In this document: positions 42,199-52,219 of the stretch, in pieces
How positions within the stretch are numbered: position 1 is the stretch's first letter
Layout: each line of letters opens with the position of its first letter
DNA from: Polyangiales bacterium
GTDB lineage: Bacteria > Myxococcota_A > Polyangia > Polyangiales > Polyangiaceae
Reading direction: 5' to 3'
Length of the DNA stretch: 64,000 bases
Assembly: GCA_038230375.1 (NCBI GenBank)
Contig: JBBRNJ010000018.1
Coordinates: 1-64,000 of the forward strand
Position numbers and translations under genes: made by a program
Notes under the pieces: model-generated
Told to the model about the DNA's origin: nothing
What the model saw: only the letters and a program-made list of their open reading frames with translations
The model's database searches: none

Positions 42199-43480
42199 GC
42201 GCCCTCAGTGATTCGAGCACCTTCATGAGCCCCGCACGCTCTTCCGAGAGGCGCGCCTGCGCCGCCTGCGCCTGCCCAGGCAACAGCGAGCGCGCGCGCG
42301 ACGCCAGCGCGTCAACGTCGTCCAGCCACGCGAGCGCCGCGAAGGGCGCGGTGAGCACCAGCGCCGTGGCATACGCCGCAGCCGCGAGCGGCAACCTGGA
42401 GAACGCGAGCCCGCAGAGTACCGATGCCCAGAGCGGAAACGCGAGCAGTCCCACGCCCAGCTTGTAGGTGGAGACCACGTCGCGATCCGGATTGCTGCGA
42501 CGCACGACCAACCGCGGCAGCTGATACGGCACGACATAGAGGAGCATCCCCAGGAGCGCGAGCGGCAGTATCAAGAGCAGCAGCGCCGTGCGTCGCGCGC
42601 CCGCGTTCGCGTGGCCGGACACGACGTCGTCGGTGAGCCCGGTCTCCTCCAGATGCGTGAAGTATGCATCTATCTTGGCGCGCAGCTCGGCGATCACATC
42701 GGGCTCCTCCGTGAGGAGCTTGCTTGCGCGCTCGGCGCGGCGACCCACATCATTCCATCGCGCAAGAGACTTGTCGTTCGTGTCGTTCACGTAGAGCTCG
42801 GTCACCCGGGCGATGAGGCGCCGTTCGTCCCAGGTGCGCCCTTCCACCAGCAGCTCCGAGAGATCTTGCGCGAACGTCTTCGTGACGTCCTCGGCGAGCG
42901 CGTCGCCCTCGAGTTCCCGCGCGTCCACGTCACGCACCGGCCCATACAGCACCAGCGCGCGCGAGCGGAACGTCTCGCGGTCCTCGAACTCCAGCGCGAC
43001 GGACTGGAAGGACGTGCCCTTTGCGCCCAGCGCCTTTGCGGCCGCCAGCATGCGCCCCGCACCGGACCTCAGCGACACGAGGTGCGGCTCGCTGTGGCTC
43101 GTGCCCTCCGGGAAGATGAGGATGTTGCCGCCCTCATGGAGGTGCTTCGCGATGCGTGCGAACACCTCGTCGTTGTCGCTCGCGCTCTTGTCCGGGTTGT
43201 CGCGGCGGCGGACGATGGGCACCGCGCCAGCCGCCGACAAGAGCACGTTCAGGCCGGGGATGGAGAACAGGGTGGCCTTCGCGATGGGCGACGCCTCGCA
43301 AGGCGCATGCGTGAGGACCAGCACTGGATCGACGAGACCATTCACGTGGTTCGCGCCGAAGATGCGGCCCTTCGTGTCCTTCTCGGGCACGGCGCCGCAC
43401 ACCTCGATCTCGCGGAAGTAGATCCGCGCGATCCGGCGAAACACGGCGCGGAGGCCGTTGCGGAGGAGGCTCCCTTGCAT
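42182..43480 (-). CDS. Lysophospholipid/glycerol acyltransferase
   Basis: NHVNGLVDP (HX4D), IFPEGTS, C-terminal TM segments. Confidence 0.88.
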   Translation of the reverse strand: MQGSLLRNGLRAVFRRIARIYFREIEVCGAVPEKDTKGRIFGANHVNGLVDPVLVLTHAPCEASPIAKATLFSIPGLNVLLSAAGAVPIVRRRDNPDKSASDNDEVFARIAKHLHEGGNILIFPEGTSHSEPHLVSLRSGAGRMLAAAKALGAKGTSFQSVALEFEDRETFRSRALVLYGPVRDVDARELEGDALAEDVTKTFAQDLSELLVEGRTWDERRLIARVTELYVNDTNDKSLARWNDVGRRAERASKLLTEEPDVIAELRAKIDAYFTHLEETGLTDDVVSGHANAGARRTALLLLILPLALLGMLLYVVPYQLPRLVVRRSNPDRDVVSTYKLGVGLLAFPLWASVLCGLAFSRLPLAAAAYATALVLTAPFAALAWLDDVDALASRARSLLPGQAQAAQARLSEERAGLMKVLESLRARVEPS

Positions 43481-43562
43481 CTCCGCAATCTACGGCTCGT
43501 TTACGTTGCTTTACGAAAGAAAAGAGCACAACCATCGGTCTATCCATCAAGGTGGGGTGCAC

Positions 43563-45428
43563 ATGAGAAGAGTGATCTGCACGGCGGGGACCCTGGGCGC
43601 GTTGTCGGTGGTCGTGCTGCTGGGCGCGGCATGTGGAGGCGGATCGCCGCCGCCGCCGAAGGTGGGCGTCACGCACTCCACCATGGATGCGGGCGCCTCC
43701 CCTGTAGTCGCAACGTCGCCCCCGCTCACGCACGAGCGAATCGATGCGCTCCTCGAGGAGGAATGGAAGAAGAAGGGCGTCACGCCGTCGCGACCGGCGG
43801 ACGACGCGACGTTCCTGCGGCGCCTCTACCTCGACATCGTGGGCACGATCCCCGAGCCGCGCGAGGTCGCAGCCTTCGCGGCCGACACGACGGCCGACAA
43901 GCGCGCGCGCAAGGTGAAGGAGCTGCTCGCATCGCAGGCATATGCGACCCACTTCATGAACTACTGGGACGACGTGCTCATGGGCCGCGAGGCGCGCGCG
44001 AACATCGTGGACCGCAATGCCTTCCGCGCGTGGCTCGGCAAGAGCTTCCGCGAGAACAAGCGCTGGGACGCGCTGGTGCGCGAGCTTGTCAGCGCCACTG
44101 GACAGAACACGCACGGCGGTCCGAAGTCGCGTCAGCTCTCCGCCATGCCGATGGTGCAGGCGCCAGAGGATGCGGACACGGAGCTTCTTGGGCTCAACGC
44201 CGCGGTGAACTATTCGCTGCGCTTCCAGGATGCGCCGCAGGATCTGGCGGGGACGTCATCGCGTGTGTTCCTTGGCGTGCAGATCCAGTGCGCGCAGTGC
44301 CACGACCACAAGACGGAGGCCTGGAAGCAGGAGGACTTCCGCAGCTTCGCGAGCGCGTTCCTGCACCTGCGCCCCAAGAACCTTGACGACGGCAAGATGA
44401 ACGGCGAGGTCCGCAAGATCGAGCTCATGGACTTCCGCGCCGTCTTTCCGCGGCTGGAGAAGAATCCTGAGACAGCGCCGATCGCGCGCGCCAAGGCCAC
44501 GGCGCTTGACGGCACGGACCTGGAGAAGGGAGATGGCACGCGCCGCGCGCTCGCGGACTGGATGGTGTCGCCAAAGAACCCGTGGTTCGCGAAGGCGATC
44601 GTGAACCGCATGTGGGGGCACTTCCTGGGGCGCGGCTTCGTGGACCCCGTGGACGATCTGCGTCCCTCGAACCCCGCCGTCGCAGAGCCGCTCTTCGATG
44701 CCCTCGCGACGGACTTCGCGCAGCACGGCTTCGACCTGCAGACGTTGATCACGCAGATCGTCAGCTCTCGCGCGTACGCGCTGTCCGCGCAGAAGAAGGA
44801 AGGCGCAGGCGCAGCATCGGACCCGGACAACCAGCTCTGGGGCCGCTTCCACCTGGTACCACTGGGCCCCGAGGAGCTGCTCAATGCTCTTGTTCGCGCG
44901 ACCAACGTGGACGAGGCGGCGCGTCGTGCGGGTGTACAGAACCTGCCCGAGCTGCGGTCGCAGATGGCGCGCTCGTTCTCGTTTCTCTTCGACGTGGACG
45001 AGGAGGCGGACACGAGCGACTACGAAGGCACCGTGACCCAGGCGCTCACGCTGCTGAATGGCAACCTCACTGGCTACGGCTCGCGGGCGATCCCCGGGAG
45101 CGCGCTCACGACCGTGCTCGCGGCGAAGAGCTCCGACGCTGACGTCGCCGACGAGCTCTACCTGCGGGTCCTGTCGCGTCCGGCCACGCCAGAGGAGCGC
45201 GCTGCGGTCGTGGATTATGTGCAACATGCAACTACTGGCGGCGCCGGGACGGCAGGTCAGGCCAGTCCGCTCACCTCGGGCAAGAAGCCAAAGCGGGCCG
45301 ACAAGCGACCCGACCCACTGAACCGGCTCGGCAACAAGAGCCGGTCCACGCAGGATCCGCGCACCGCCGCATTCGAGGACGTCATGTGGGCGCTCCTCAA
45401 CTCCAGCGAGTTTCTCTTCAATCACTGA
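43563..45428 (+). CDS. DUF1549/DUF1553 (PSCyt2/PSD1) lipoprotein
   Basis: Start MRRVIC; LGAAC lipobox; FLRRLYLDIVG, LGVQIQCAQCHDH, VNRMWGHFLGRG, QALTLLN, WALLNSSEFLFNH. Confidence 0.92.
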   Translation: MRRVICTAGTLGALSVVVLLGAACGGGSPPPPKVGVTHSTMDAGASPVVATSPPLTHERIDALLEEEWKKKGVTPSRPADDATFLRRLYLDIVGTIPEPREVAAFAADTTADKRARKVKELLASQAYATHFMNYWDDVLMGREARANIVDRNAFRAWLGKSFRENKRWDALVRELVSATGQNTHGGPKSRQLSAMPMVQAPEDADTELLGLNAAVNYSLRFQDAPQDLAGTSSRVFLGVQIQCAQCHDHKTEAWKQEDFRSFASAFLHLRPKNLDDGKMNGEVRKIELMDFRAVFPRLEKNPETAPIARAKATALDGTDLEKGDGTRRALADWMVSPKNPWFAKAIVNRMWGHFLGRGFVDPVDDLRPSNPAVAEPLFDALATDFAQHGFDLQTLITQIVSSRAYALSAQKKEGAGAASDPDNQLWGRFHLVPLGPEELLNALVRATNVDEAARRAGVQNLPELRSQMARSFSFLFDVDEEADTSDYEGTVTQALTLLNGNLTGYGSRAIPGSALTTVLAAKSSDADVADELYLRVLSRPATPEERAAVVDYVQHATTGGAGTAGQASPLTSGKKPKRADKRPDPLNRLGNKSRSTQDPRTAAFEDVMWALLNSSEFLFNH

Positions 45429-45441
45429 AAGGCCCTGAACG

Positions 45442-46728
45442 ATGAGCATCTACAATCGACGTCAGGTCCTCCGGTTCGGCGCCTCTGCCATGGTGGGCGC
45501 GGTCCTCTCTCGCTTCGCCATCCGCGATGCGCTTGCAGACGACGTGGTCCCAGGCTCGGGCTCCGGCTCCGCGCCACCTGCGATCGCCGGGAAGGCGAAG
45601 GCCGTGATCGTCCTCTACATGAACGGCGGTCCGAGCCACATCGACACGTGGGATCCGAAGCCGGGCGCACCCACTGGCGGTCCGCACAAGGCGATCAAGA
45701 CACGCACCACTGGACTCCAGATCTCGGAGCACATGCCGAAGCTCGCCGACATGAGCGACAAGCTCGCGGTGATCCACAGCATGAGCAGCAAGGAGGGCAA
45801 TCACCAGCGCGCGCAGTACCTCCTTCGCACGGGCTACGCGCCCAACCCAACGGTCATTCATCCGTCGCTCGGCGGATGGGTGAGCAAGAAGCTGGGCGAG
45901 CCGAAGAACGGGCTGCCGGCGTTCGTGAGCCTTGGCGGACCGAGTCTTGGCGCCGGCTTTCTTGGCGTGCAGTATGGGCCGTTCGTGCTGCCCAAGCCGG
46001 GCCTGCCTGCCAACGTGACGTATGGCGTGGACACGGACAAGCCGCGCTTCGAGCGAAGGCTCGGCCTGCTCGACACGATGGAACAGCGCTTCTCGCAGAG
46101 CACGGGCGACGCCAAGGTGGAGGGGCGTCGCGCGCTCGAGCGGAAGTCTGTCGCGCTCATGCACACGCCGGATCTGTCGGCGTTCGATCTGTCGACCGAG
46201 GATGCGACGCGGCTCGCCACGTTCGGTGACACGGACTTCGGCCGCGGGTGCGCGACCGCAGTGCGCCTGGTGGAGAAGGGCGTGCGCTGCGTGGAGGTCA
46301 TGCTCGACGGCTGGGACACGCACAAGGACAACTTCAATCGCGTGAAGACCCTCATGGGCACGCTGGACGCCGCGATGAGCGCGCTCATCACGGAGCTGTC
46401 GCGCAAGAACCTGCTCGACTCCACGCTCATCGTCTGGATGGGAGACTTCGGACGCACGCCGCGCATCAACGGCAACGACGGTCGCGATCACTATCCGCAG
46501 GCCTGGAGCACCGTGCTGGCGGGCGCGGGCATCAAGAAGGGACAGGTCTACGGAGAGACGGACGCGAACGGCGAGAAGGTCACGAAGGATCTGGTGACCG
46601 TCCCCAACCTTGCAGCGACCATCGCCACGGTGCTGGGGATGGACCCCACCGAGTCGTTCCTGTCGCCCGTGGGGCGGCCCATCGCCATCACGGACAGCGG
46701 CGTCGCGATCAAGGCGCTGCTGGCGTAG
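45442..46728 (+). CDS. DUF1501-domain Tat-exported protein
   Basis: NRRQVL Tat motif; GGPSHIDTWDPK, GWDTH, GDFGRTP, GRDH. Confidence 0.92.
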   Translation: MSIYNRRQVLRFGASAMVGAVLSRFAIRDALADDVVPGSGSGSAPPAIAGKAKAVIVLYMNGGPSHIDTWDPKPGAPTGGPHKAIKTRTTGLQISEHMPKLADMSDKLAVIHSMSSKEGNHQRAQYLLRTGYAPNPTVIHPSLGGWVSKKLGEPKNGLPAFVSLGGPSLGAGFLGVQYGPFVLPKPGLPANVTYGVDTDKPRFERRLGLLDTMEQRFSQSTGDAKVEGRRALERKSVALMHTPDLSAFDLSTEDATRLATFGDTDFGRGCATAVRLVEKGVRCVEVMLDGWDTHKDNFNRVKTLMGTLDAAMSALITELSRKNLLDSTLIVWMGDFGRTPRINGNDGRDHYPQAWSTVLAGAGIKKGQVYGETDANGEKVTKDLVTVPNLAATIATVLGMDPTESFLSPVGRPIAITDSGVAIKALLA

Positions 46729-47845
46729 GTACGAGCGAGAGCACGCTCGCCTCTTCGCTCATGCGAAGGGACTCTCGTCCGTTGTCCTCCGTGATCACGC
46801 GCGTGTGTGTGCGGTCCGCGATCCATGCCAGCTGGTCTGCGAGCATGGCGCGGACGAGATCTCCGTAGACCGTCATCTTGGTGGCGGGCGCGGAGGTGAG
46901 CGTGAAGCGCTGGTACGCCTCGTAGCCCTTGTGGCGCGCGCGTATGGCTCGCTCGCCCGCGCCGTAGAGGTTCTCCACATCGATGCGCGCGTGCGGGAAG
47001 ATCGCGGCGAGCTCGCGCGTGCCCGCCTCATCCAGCGCCGTCCGTACTATCGCCTGCGTCGGGATCCACTCGTGCAACGTCACGTCGCCGCGCTCGAACA
47101 GGATGCGCAGCTCCTGCCGGTCCATCCTGCTGGCCTGCGTGAAGCCATGGTAGAAATTCACCGGCACGTCCCCGAAGCGCGCGGTGCAGAAGACCTGTTC
47201 CTCGAAGTTCGAGACCGGACGAAGCACCCGACCCGCGGACTCGACGCGGCCCTTGCCCAGCCAGCCCGCGAACATGTCGAAGAAGTGCACGCCGTGCTCG
47301 ATGAAGATGCCGCCGCTCTTCGCCCTGTCCCAGAACCAGTGGTCCGGACCCAGGCCTTCGTCGCATGCGTAGTTCTCGAACGTCGCGTGGAGAGGCTCGC
47401 CGAGCACCTTCGAAGCAATGAGCGCCGAGATCTGCGCGTAGAGCGGGTTGTAGCGCTGCATGAGGTTCGTGCACAGGAGGAGCTTGTTTTCCCGCGCAAT
47501 CGCGATCAGCTCGTCGGCTTCCTTCACGGTGAGCGCGAGCGGCTTCTCTACGATCACGTGCTTGCCTGCCAGCAGCGCGGCGCGCGCCTGCGCGTGATGC
47601 AAGAACGGCGGCGTCGCGATGTACACCAGGCCAACGTCGGGCCGCGCGAACATGGCTTCCTGTGTCTTCAGGTCCGCCAGGCCAAAGCGCGCGGCGCACG
47701 CAAGGGACGCCTCGCGATGGGTGCCGGCGATGCAGCGCAGCGCGGCCCCCGGCACCTCCGCGAACTTCTGCGCGGAGAACATCGCGAAGCCACCAAAACC
47801 GAGGATGCCGATCCCCACTGCGTCTTCGGATATGAAAGAGGACAT
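46709..47845 (-). CDS. Gfo/Idh/MocA-family oxidoreductase
   Basis: Start MSSFIS; GILGFGGFA, IATPPFLH, VEKP, GGIFIEHGVHFFD. Confidence 0.9.
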   Translation of the reverse strand: MSSFISEDAVGIGILGFGGFAMFSAQKFAEVPGAALRCIAGTHREASLACAARFGLADLKTQEAMFARPDVGLVYIATPPFLHHAQARAALLAGKHVIVEKPLALTVKEADELIAIARENKLLLCTNLMQRYNPLYAQISALIASKVLGEPLHATFENYACDEGLGPDHWFWDRAKSGGIFIEHGVHFFDMFAGWLGKGRVESAGRVLRPVSNFEEQVFCTARFGDVPVNFYHGFTQASRMDRQELRILFERGDVTLHEWIPTQAIVRTALDEAGTRELAAIFPHARIDVENLYGAGERAIRARHKGYEAYQRFTLTSAPATKMTVYGDLVRAMLADQLAWIADRTHTRVITEDNGRESLRMSEEASVLSLVPTPAAP

Positions 47846-47887
47846 GGCGCACCCTACGCTCAATCGCAACCTGTGGTGGGTTTGCTG

Positions 47888-48391
47888 ATGGGCAGCAATC
47901 CTTCGACCTTGAACACGCTGCGTGCGGACGTCGACCGCGAGACAAGGCGACTCCACGTCCTGCACGAGGGCCACCTGCAGTGCCGGCGAGGGTGCAGCTC
48001 GTGCTGCGTCGATGAGCTGACAGTGTGGGAACTGGAGGCGGAGCCCATCCGGCAAGCGCACGCGGAGCTTCTCGCGAGCGGTGTCCCACACGCCGAAGGG
48101 GGGTGCGCGTTCCTGGACGCCGAGGGCGGCTGTCGCATCTACGAGGAGCGCCCCTACGTCTGCCGCACGCAGGGCCTGCCGTTGCGGTGGCTGGACGTAG
48201 AGGACGGGAAAGAGGTCGAGCTCCGGGACATCTGCCCGCTCAACATGGTCGGCGAGGCCATCGAAGATCTGGCCGAAAGCGAGTGCTGGACGCTGGGCCC
48301 CTTCGAGGAACGCCTTGCGAGGCTCGAGTTACTGGCGCGTCCCGTGCCTTCGGGGAGGATTCTTCTGCGGTCGCTGTTCACCCGGAAATGA
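47888..48391 (+). CDS. YkgJ-family cysteine-cluster protein
   Basis: CRRGCSSCC, CAFL, CRIYEERPYVCR, CPLN. Confidence 0.9.
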   Translation: MGSNPSTLNTLRADVDRETRRLHVLHEGHLQCRRGCSSCCVDELTVWELEAEPIRQAHAELLASGVPHAEGGCAFLDAEGGCRIYEERPYVCRTQGLPLRWLDVEDGKEVELRDICPLNMVGEAIEDLAESECWTLGPFEERLARLELLARPVPSGRILLRSLFTRK

Positions 48392-48467
48392 GCCCGCACG
48401 GCGCGAATCAGCGTAGCCTTGAAGGGCATCGACATCTCTCGACCCTCCAACAGCAAGTGGTGATCTC

Positions 48468-48593
48468 ATGGGTGACAAGTCTCCGAAGGCCAAGAACAAG
48501 TCGAACAAGCAGCACGAAGCCAGCAAGAACCAGCAGAAGCAGGCCGCGAGCAGCAAGGCGAACGCCGCAGCCGCAGCCAAGAAGTCGAAGTAG
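48468..48593 (+). CDS. 41-aa basic small protein (not in ORF track)
   Basis: ATG..TAG frame MGDKSPKAKNKSNKQHEASKNQQKQAASSKANAAAAAKKSK; AAG/AAC/CAG codon bias; GGTG RBS-like; hairpin downstream. Confidence 0.7.
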   Translation: MGDKSPKAKNKSNKQHEASKNQQKQAASSKANAAAAAKKSK

Positions 48594-48701
48594 CGTCGGC
48601 CAGAGACCCTCGCCGCCATTCGAGAGCGCCGGGGGTCACTGGCAATTCGGCACTGGCCCGGTGACACGGCCGAATGTTCCGCGCTAGAACCCTTCTCCAG
48701 G

Positions 48702-49745
48702 ATGACCGCCACCCTGACTCCCGAGAAGAAGAACGGCAGCCACAAGGAGCTCTCCCCCGAGCTGCTCCTTCAGATGCACGACACCATGGTGAAGGCCCGC
48801 GTCCTCGAGGAGCGCCTGATCACCATGTACAAGCAAGGTGACGGCTACTTCTGGATTGGCGGTCCCGGCGAAGAGGCGTTTGGCGTTCCGCTCGGCATGC
48901 TGGTCCACAAGGGCCGCGGCCCCGAGTACGACTACCTGCATCTGCACTACCGCGGCTCTCCCACCATCATGGCCATGGGCGCGGACCCGGTGGACTCGCT
49001 CCGCCAGATGAAGAACACGGCGACCGATCCGTACTCGCGCGGCCGCAACTTCGTGTGTCACTACTCGATCGAGAAGTGGAACGTGGTTCCCGTGTCGTCG
49101 CCGATCGAGGTCCAGTATTCCATGGCGCCCGGCACCGCGCTCGCGAACAAGCGAGCGCAGGGCGGCAAGGGCACGGGCATCACCATCGTCACCGGTGGCG
49201 ACGCAGGAACCGCCGAGGGCGACTTCGCCACGTGCCTTGTCTGGAGCTCGCGCAAGGGCCACGAGCTGCCCATGCTGATCGTCGTCACCAACAACCTGTA
49301 CGGCATCTCCACGCCGTACGAAGGCCAGCACGGCGAGACGAAGATCTCCGATCGCGGCAAGCCGTTCGGCATGCAGACGCTCACGGTGGACGGCAACGAT
49401 CCCGAGGTGTCCTACCAGGCGCTTGCCGCCGCGATGGACTACGTGCGCACCGAGCGAAAGCCGTTCCTCCTGGAGGTGATGGTGTCGCGCCTCTACGGGC
49501 ACTCATCCGCGTCCGGCGCCAACTTCGTCGCGAACGAGACCGACTGCCTGGCCAAGTTCGAACAGAAGCTCATCGATCGCAAGCTCCTCACGCGCGAGCG
49601 CGCCGACGCGATACGTGCAACCTACAACCAAGAGCTACTCGAGGCGAGCAAGAAGGTCCGCGAGGAGCCTCAGCCACGCGCAGAGTCCATCTTCGACCAC
49701 GTCTTCGCGGAAGCGAATGGCGCCGCAACGAAGGGGAACGGCTGA
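48702..49745 (+). CDS. TPP-dependent 2-oxoacid dehydrogenase E1 alpha (probably branched-chain, esg-like)
   Basis: GEEA, HYR, GDAGTAEGDF..NNLYGIS TPP motif, VDGND, RLYGHSS. Confidence 0.9.
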   Translation: MTATLTPEKKNGSHKELSPELLLQMHDTMVKARVLEERLITMYKQGDGYFWIGGPGEEAFGVPLGMLVHKGRGPEYDYLHLHYRGSPTIMAMGADPVDSLRQMKNTATDPYSRGRNFVCHYSIEKWNVVPVSSPIEVQYSMAPGTALANKRAQGGKGTGITIVTGGDAGTAEGDFATCLVWSSRKGHELPMLIVVTNNLYGISTPYEGQHGETKISDRGKPFGMQTLTVDGNDPEVSYQALAAAMDYVRTERKPFLLEVMVSRLYGHSSASGANFVANETDCLAKFEQKLIDRKLLTRERADAIRATYNQELLEASKKVREEPQPRAESIFDHVFAEANGAATKGNG

Positions 49746-50809
49746 TGTCGACGATGGTCCAGGCGATTCGCATGGCGCTCCACGTCGGCGAAGAACGTCA
49801 CGGTGTCACGGATGTCTTCGGCGAGGACATTGGCCCCCCGCTCGGTGGCGCGTTCACGCAGACGCAGGGAATCAAGACCAGCTGGAACTCGCCGCTCGAC
49901 GAGCGCGGCATCGTTGGCATGGCGATCGGTCTGGCGCTCGCCGGCCAGCGTCCCGTCGCGGAGATCCAGTTCTGCGACTACGCGTTCAACACGATCGACC
50001 TCCTGAAGCTCGCAGGCGCCATGCACTGGTCGTCCGCGGGCGACTGGAAATGTCCCATGGTGCTCATGACGCCCGTCGGCGCGGGCATTCGCGGCAGCAT
50101 CTACCACTCGCACTCGTTCGACGCCCAGGCCACGCGGCTTGCCGGCTGGAAGATCGTGTGTCCGTCGAACCCGCGCGACGCGTACGGCCTCATGCTGTCC
50201 GCCATCGTCGATCCGAACCCCGTGATGTACCTGATGCCGAAGGCGCTCCTCCGCGTGAAGGGTCGCCCCGGTGAAGAGGTCCCCGGCGAGCCGGGCGACG
50301 ACAAGGCCCTCTCCAAGATGATCGATCAGCCGCCCGGCGGCGACCGCTCGAAGTGGAAGCCCGAGTGGCCGAACCTGGAGGACCTCTTCATCCCGATCGG
50401 GAAGGCGCGCACGGTGCGAGAGGGCAAGCACGTCACCATCGTCACGTACGGTCGCGACGTCTTGATGGCGCTCGGCGCCGCCGAAGAGGCCGCGAAGGAT
50501 GGCACCGAGGTCGAGGTGATCGATCTGCGCTCGCTGCACCCGTACGACTGGGATGCCATCAAGACGAGCGTGAAGAAGACCAACCGCGTCATCTTCGTGA
50601 ACGAGGACACCGAGATCACGAACTTCGGCGAGCACCTGCTCCGCCGCACCGTGGAGGAGCTCTTCTACGAGCTCCACGCGCCCCCGAAGCTCGTCGCCGG
50701 AAAGCACATCCCTGGTATCGGCCTGGCCGACAACCTGGAACATGCCAGCGTGCCGCAGAAGGCCACGATCCTCGCGGCCATTCGCGAGATCGCAGCGCAC
50801 GTTCCCTGA
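49745..50809 (+). CDS. 2-oxoacid dehydrogenase E1 beta
   Basis: TGATG overlap; FGEDIG, PLDERGI, EIQFCDY, YHSHS, IDLRSL. Confidence 0.92.
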   Translation: MSTMVQAIRMALHVGEERHGVTDVFGEDIGPPLGGAFTQTQGIKTSWNSPLDERGIVGMAIGLALAGQRPVAEIQFCDYAFNTIDLLKLAGAMHWSSAGDWKCPMVLMTPVGAGIRGSIYHSHSFDAQATRLAGWKIVCPSNPRDAYGLMLSAIVDPNPVMYLMPKALLRVKGRPGEEVPGEPGDDKALSKMIDQPPGGDRSKWKPEWPNLEDLFIPIGKARTVREGKHVTIVTYGRDVLMALGAAEEAAKDGTEVEVIDLRSLHPYDWDAIKTSVKKTNRVIFVNEDTEITNFGEHLLRRTVEELFYELHAPPKLVAGKHIPGIGLADNLEHASVPQKATILAAIREIAAHVP

Positions 50810-50823
50810 GCGTCCAGGTTGCC

Positions 50824-52113
50824 GTGACCGAAGCGCGCACCCAGCTGTTTGCCGAGGCGCGAGAGTCCACGGGCCGCTTCGAGTGGCGCGAGCAAGACAA
50901 CTTCGTGGCGCGTGTCATCTTCATCGCGTCGTCGCTCGCCACGACGGGCTCGTGCGTCACCGCTTTCTCGACGGACGCGTGGTGGCTGGCCGCGCTCTCG
51001 TTCTTCCTGGGTATCGGCGTGCCCGTGGCGGTTGGCCTGCTTGCCTTCCGCAGCAGCACGAAGCCGTCGAAGATGAAGTTCCGGGTGAACCCGGACACGC
51101 GCGCGCTCGAGGTCGCGCTCTCCGGTCGGCTCGTCACGCTGCGGCATGAGGAGCTCGCGTCTGCGTGGATCGTGTCCAGGCGCTTCGTGCACGTGCGCGC
51201 AGTGGGTAGCCGCAGCCTGGTGCTGGACCTGGGTGACGAGGCATCCGCCACCGCGTTCATCGCGGAGCTCGGGCTTGGGAAGGAGCAGCGCGTGCTGGAC
51301 ATGCCGATCGCGGGATGGGTCAAGTCACTCTCGGGCCAGCGATTCGCAGCGCTCTCGCTCCTGCCCCTCTCGTTCGTGTGGATGCTGTCGTCGTTGTTCG
51401 TCGCCATCTGCATTGCCAAGCTTCACAGCGGAATGGATCTCGCGTTCCTGGCGGGCTTCAGCGCGTTGCTCCTCCTCTCTCTCGGCGGCAGCATCGCGCT
51501 CGTGAACGATCTGCGCGAGCGCAAGGTCGTGGTCGGCACGGACGGCATCCGCATCCCGCACAAGAAGGGCGCCCTCCGCTACGACGAGATCGCGCAGGTG
51601 CTTCCCTCCAAGGACGGCGTGCGCATCGTCAAGAAGGACGGCGCGTTCGTGGAGCTTCCGCTGTTCCAGGATGGCGGCTTCCCGTTCGAGAGCCTCGCGG
51701 ATGCGCGCGCCGCGCTGATCTCCCGCATCGAGGAGATGCGCACGCAGGGTGAGAAGACCTCCGACGAGCAAAAATTCTCCTTGCTGGAGCGCGCCACCAC
51801 CTCGCTCGCCGATTGGCGCAAGCAGCTCCTTGCGCTGGCGGAGCCGCGCGCCGGATACCGCGTGGCGCAGCTCACCGCAGAGGATCTCGAGCGCGTCATC
51901 GGAGACTCGGAGAGCCCGGTGGAGCGTCGCGTCGCGGCAACGGTCGCGCTGTCGGGCCTGGACAAGGTTCGTGCCCAGGACAAGGTGCGCATCGTGGTCC
52001 CCACCTGCGCCGACGACGATCTGAAGCGTGCGCTCGTGCTCGCCGCCGAGGAGGCCGCGTTCGACGAGGCGTTCATGGACGAGTCCCGAAGAGCTTCAAA
52101 GCAGCAAAGGTAA
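50824..52113 (+). CDS. Hypothetical membrane protein (two TM hairpins, PH-like domains, helical C-terminus)
   Basis: 3' part of ORF 50353-52113; start approximate. Confidence 0.7.
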   Translation: MTEARTQLFAEARESTGRFEWREQDNFVARVIFIASSLATTGSCVTAFSTDAWWLAALSFFLGIGVPVAVGLLAFRSSTKPSKMKFRVNPDTRALEVALSGRLVTLRHEELASAWIVSRRFVHVRAVGSRSLVLDLGDEASATAFIAELGLGKEQRVLDMPIAGWVKSLSGQRFAALSLLPLSFVWMLSSLFVAICIAKLHSGMDLAFLAGFSALLLLSLGGSIALVNDLRERKVVVGTDGIRIPHKKGALRYDEIAQVLPSKDGVRIVKKDGAFVELPLFQDGGFPFESLADARAALISRIEEMRTQGEKTSDEQKFSLLERATTSLADWRKQLLALAEPRAGYRVAQLTAEDLERVIGDSESPVERRVAATVALSGLDKVRAQDKVRIVVPTCADDDLKRALVLAAEEAAFDEAFMDESRRASKQQR

Positions 52114-52219
52114 AGCCGTTTACACATCTTTACCGGCTCGCGGCAGGCAAAGCACCGCGCGGGGACACAGACTCTCCTCGGGCCGGACCGACGAACGGGC
52201 TGGCTGGAGGTTTCGAAAC

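Noticed and set aside
48702..50809. E1alpha/E1beta without adjacent E2/E3 as a novelty
   Set aside because: The two-gene arrangement resembles the known M. xanthus esg locus
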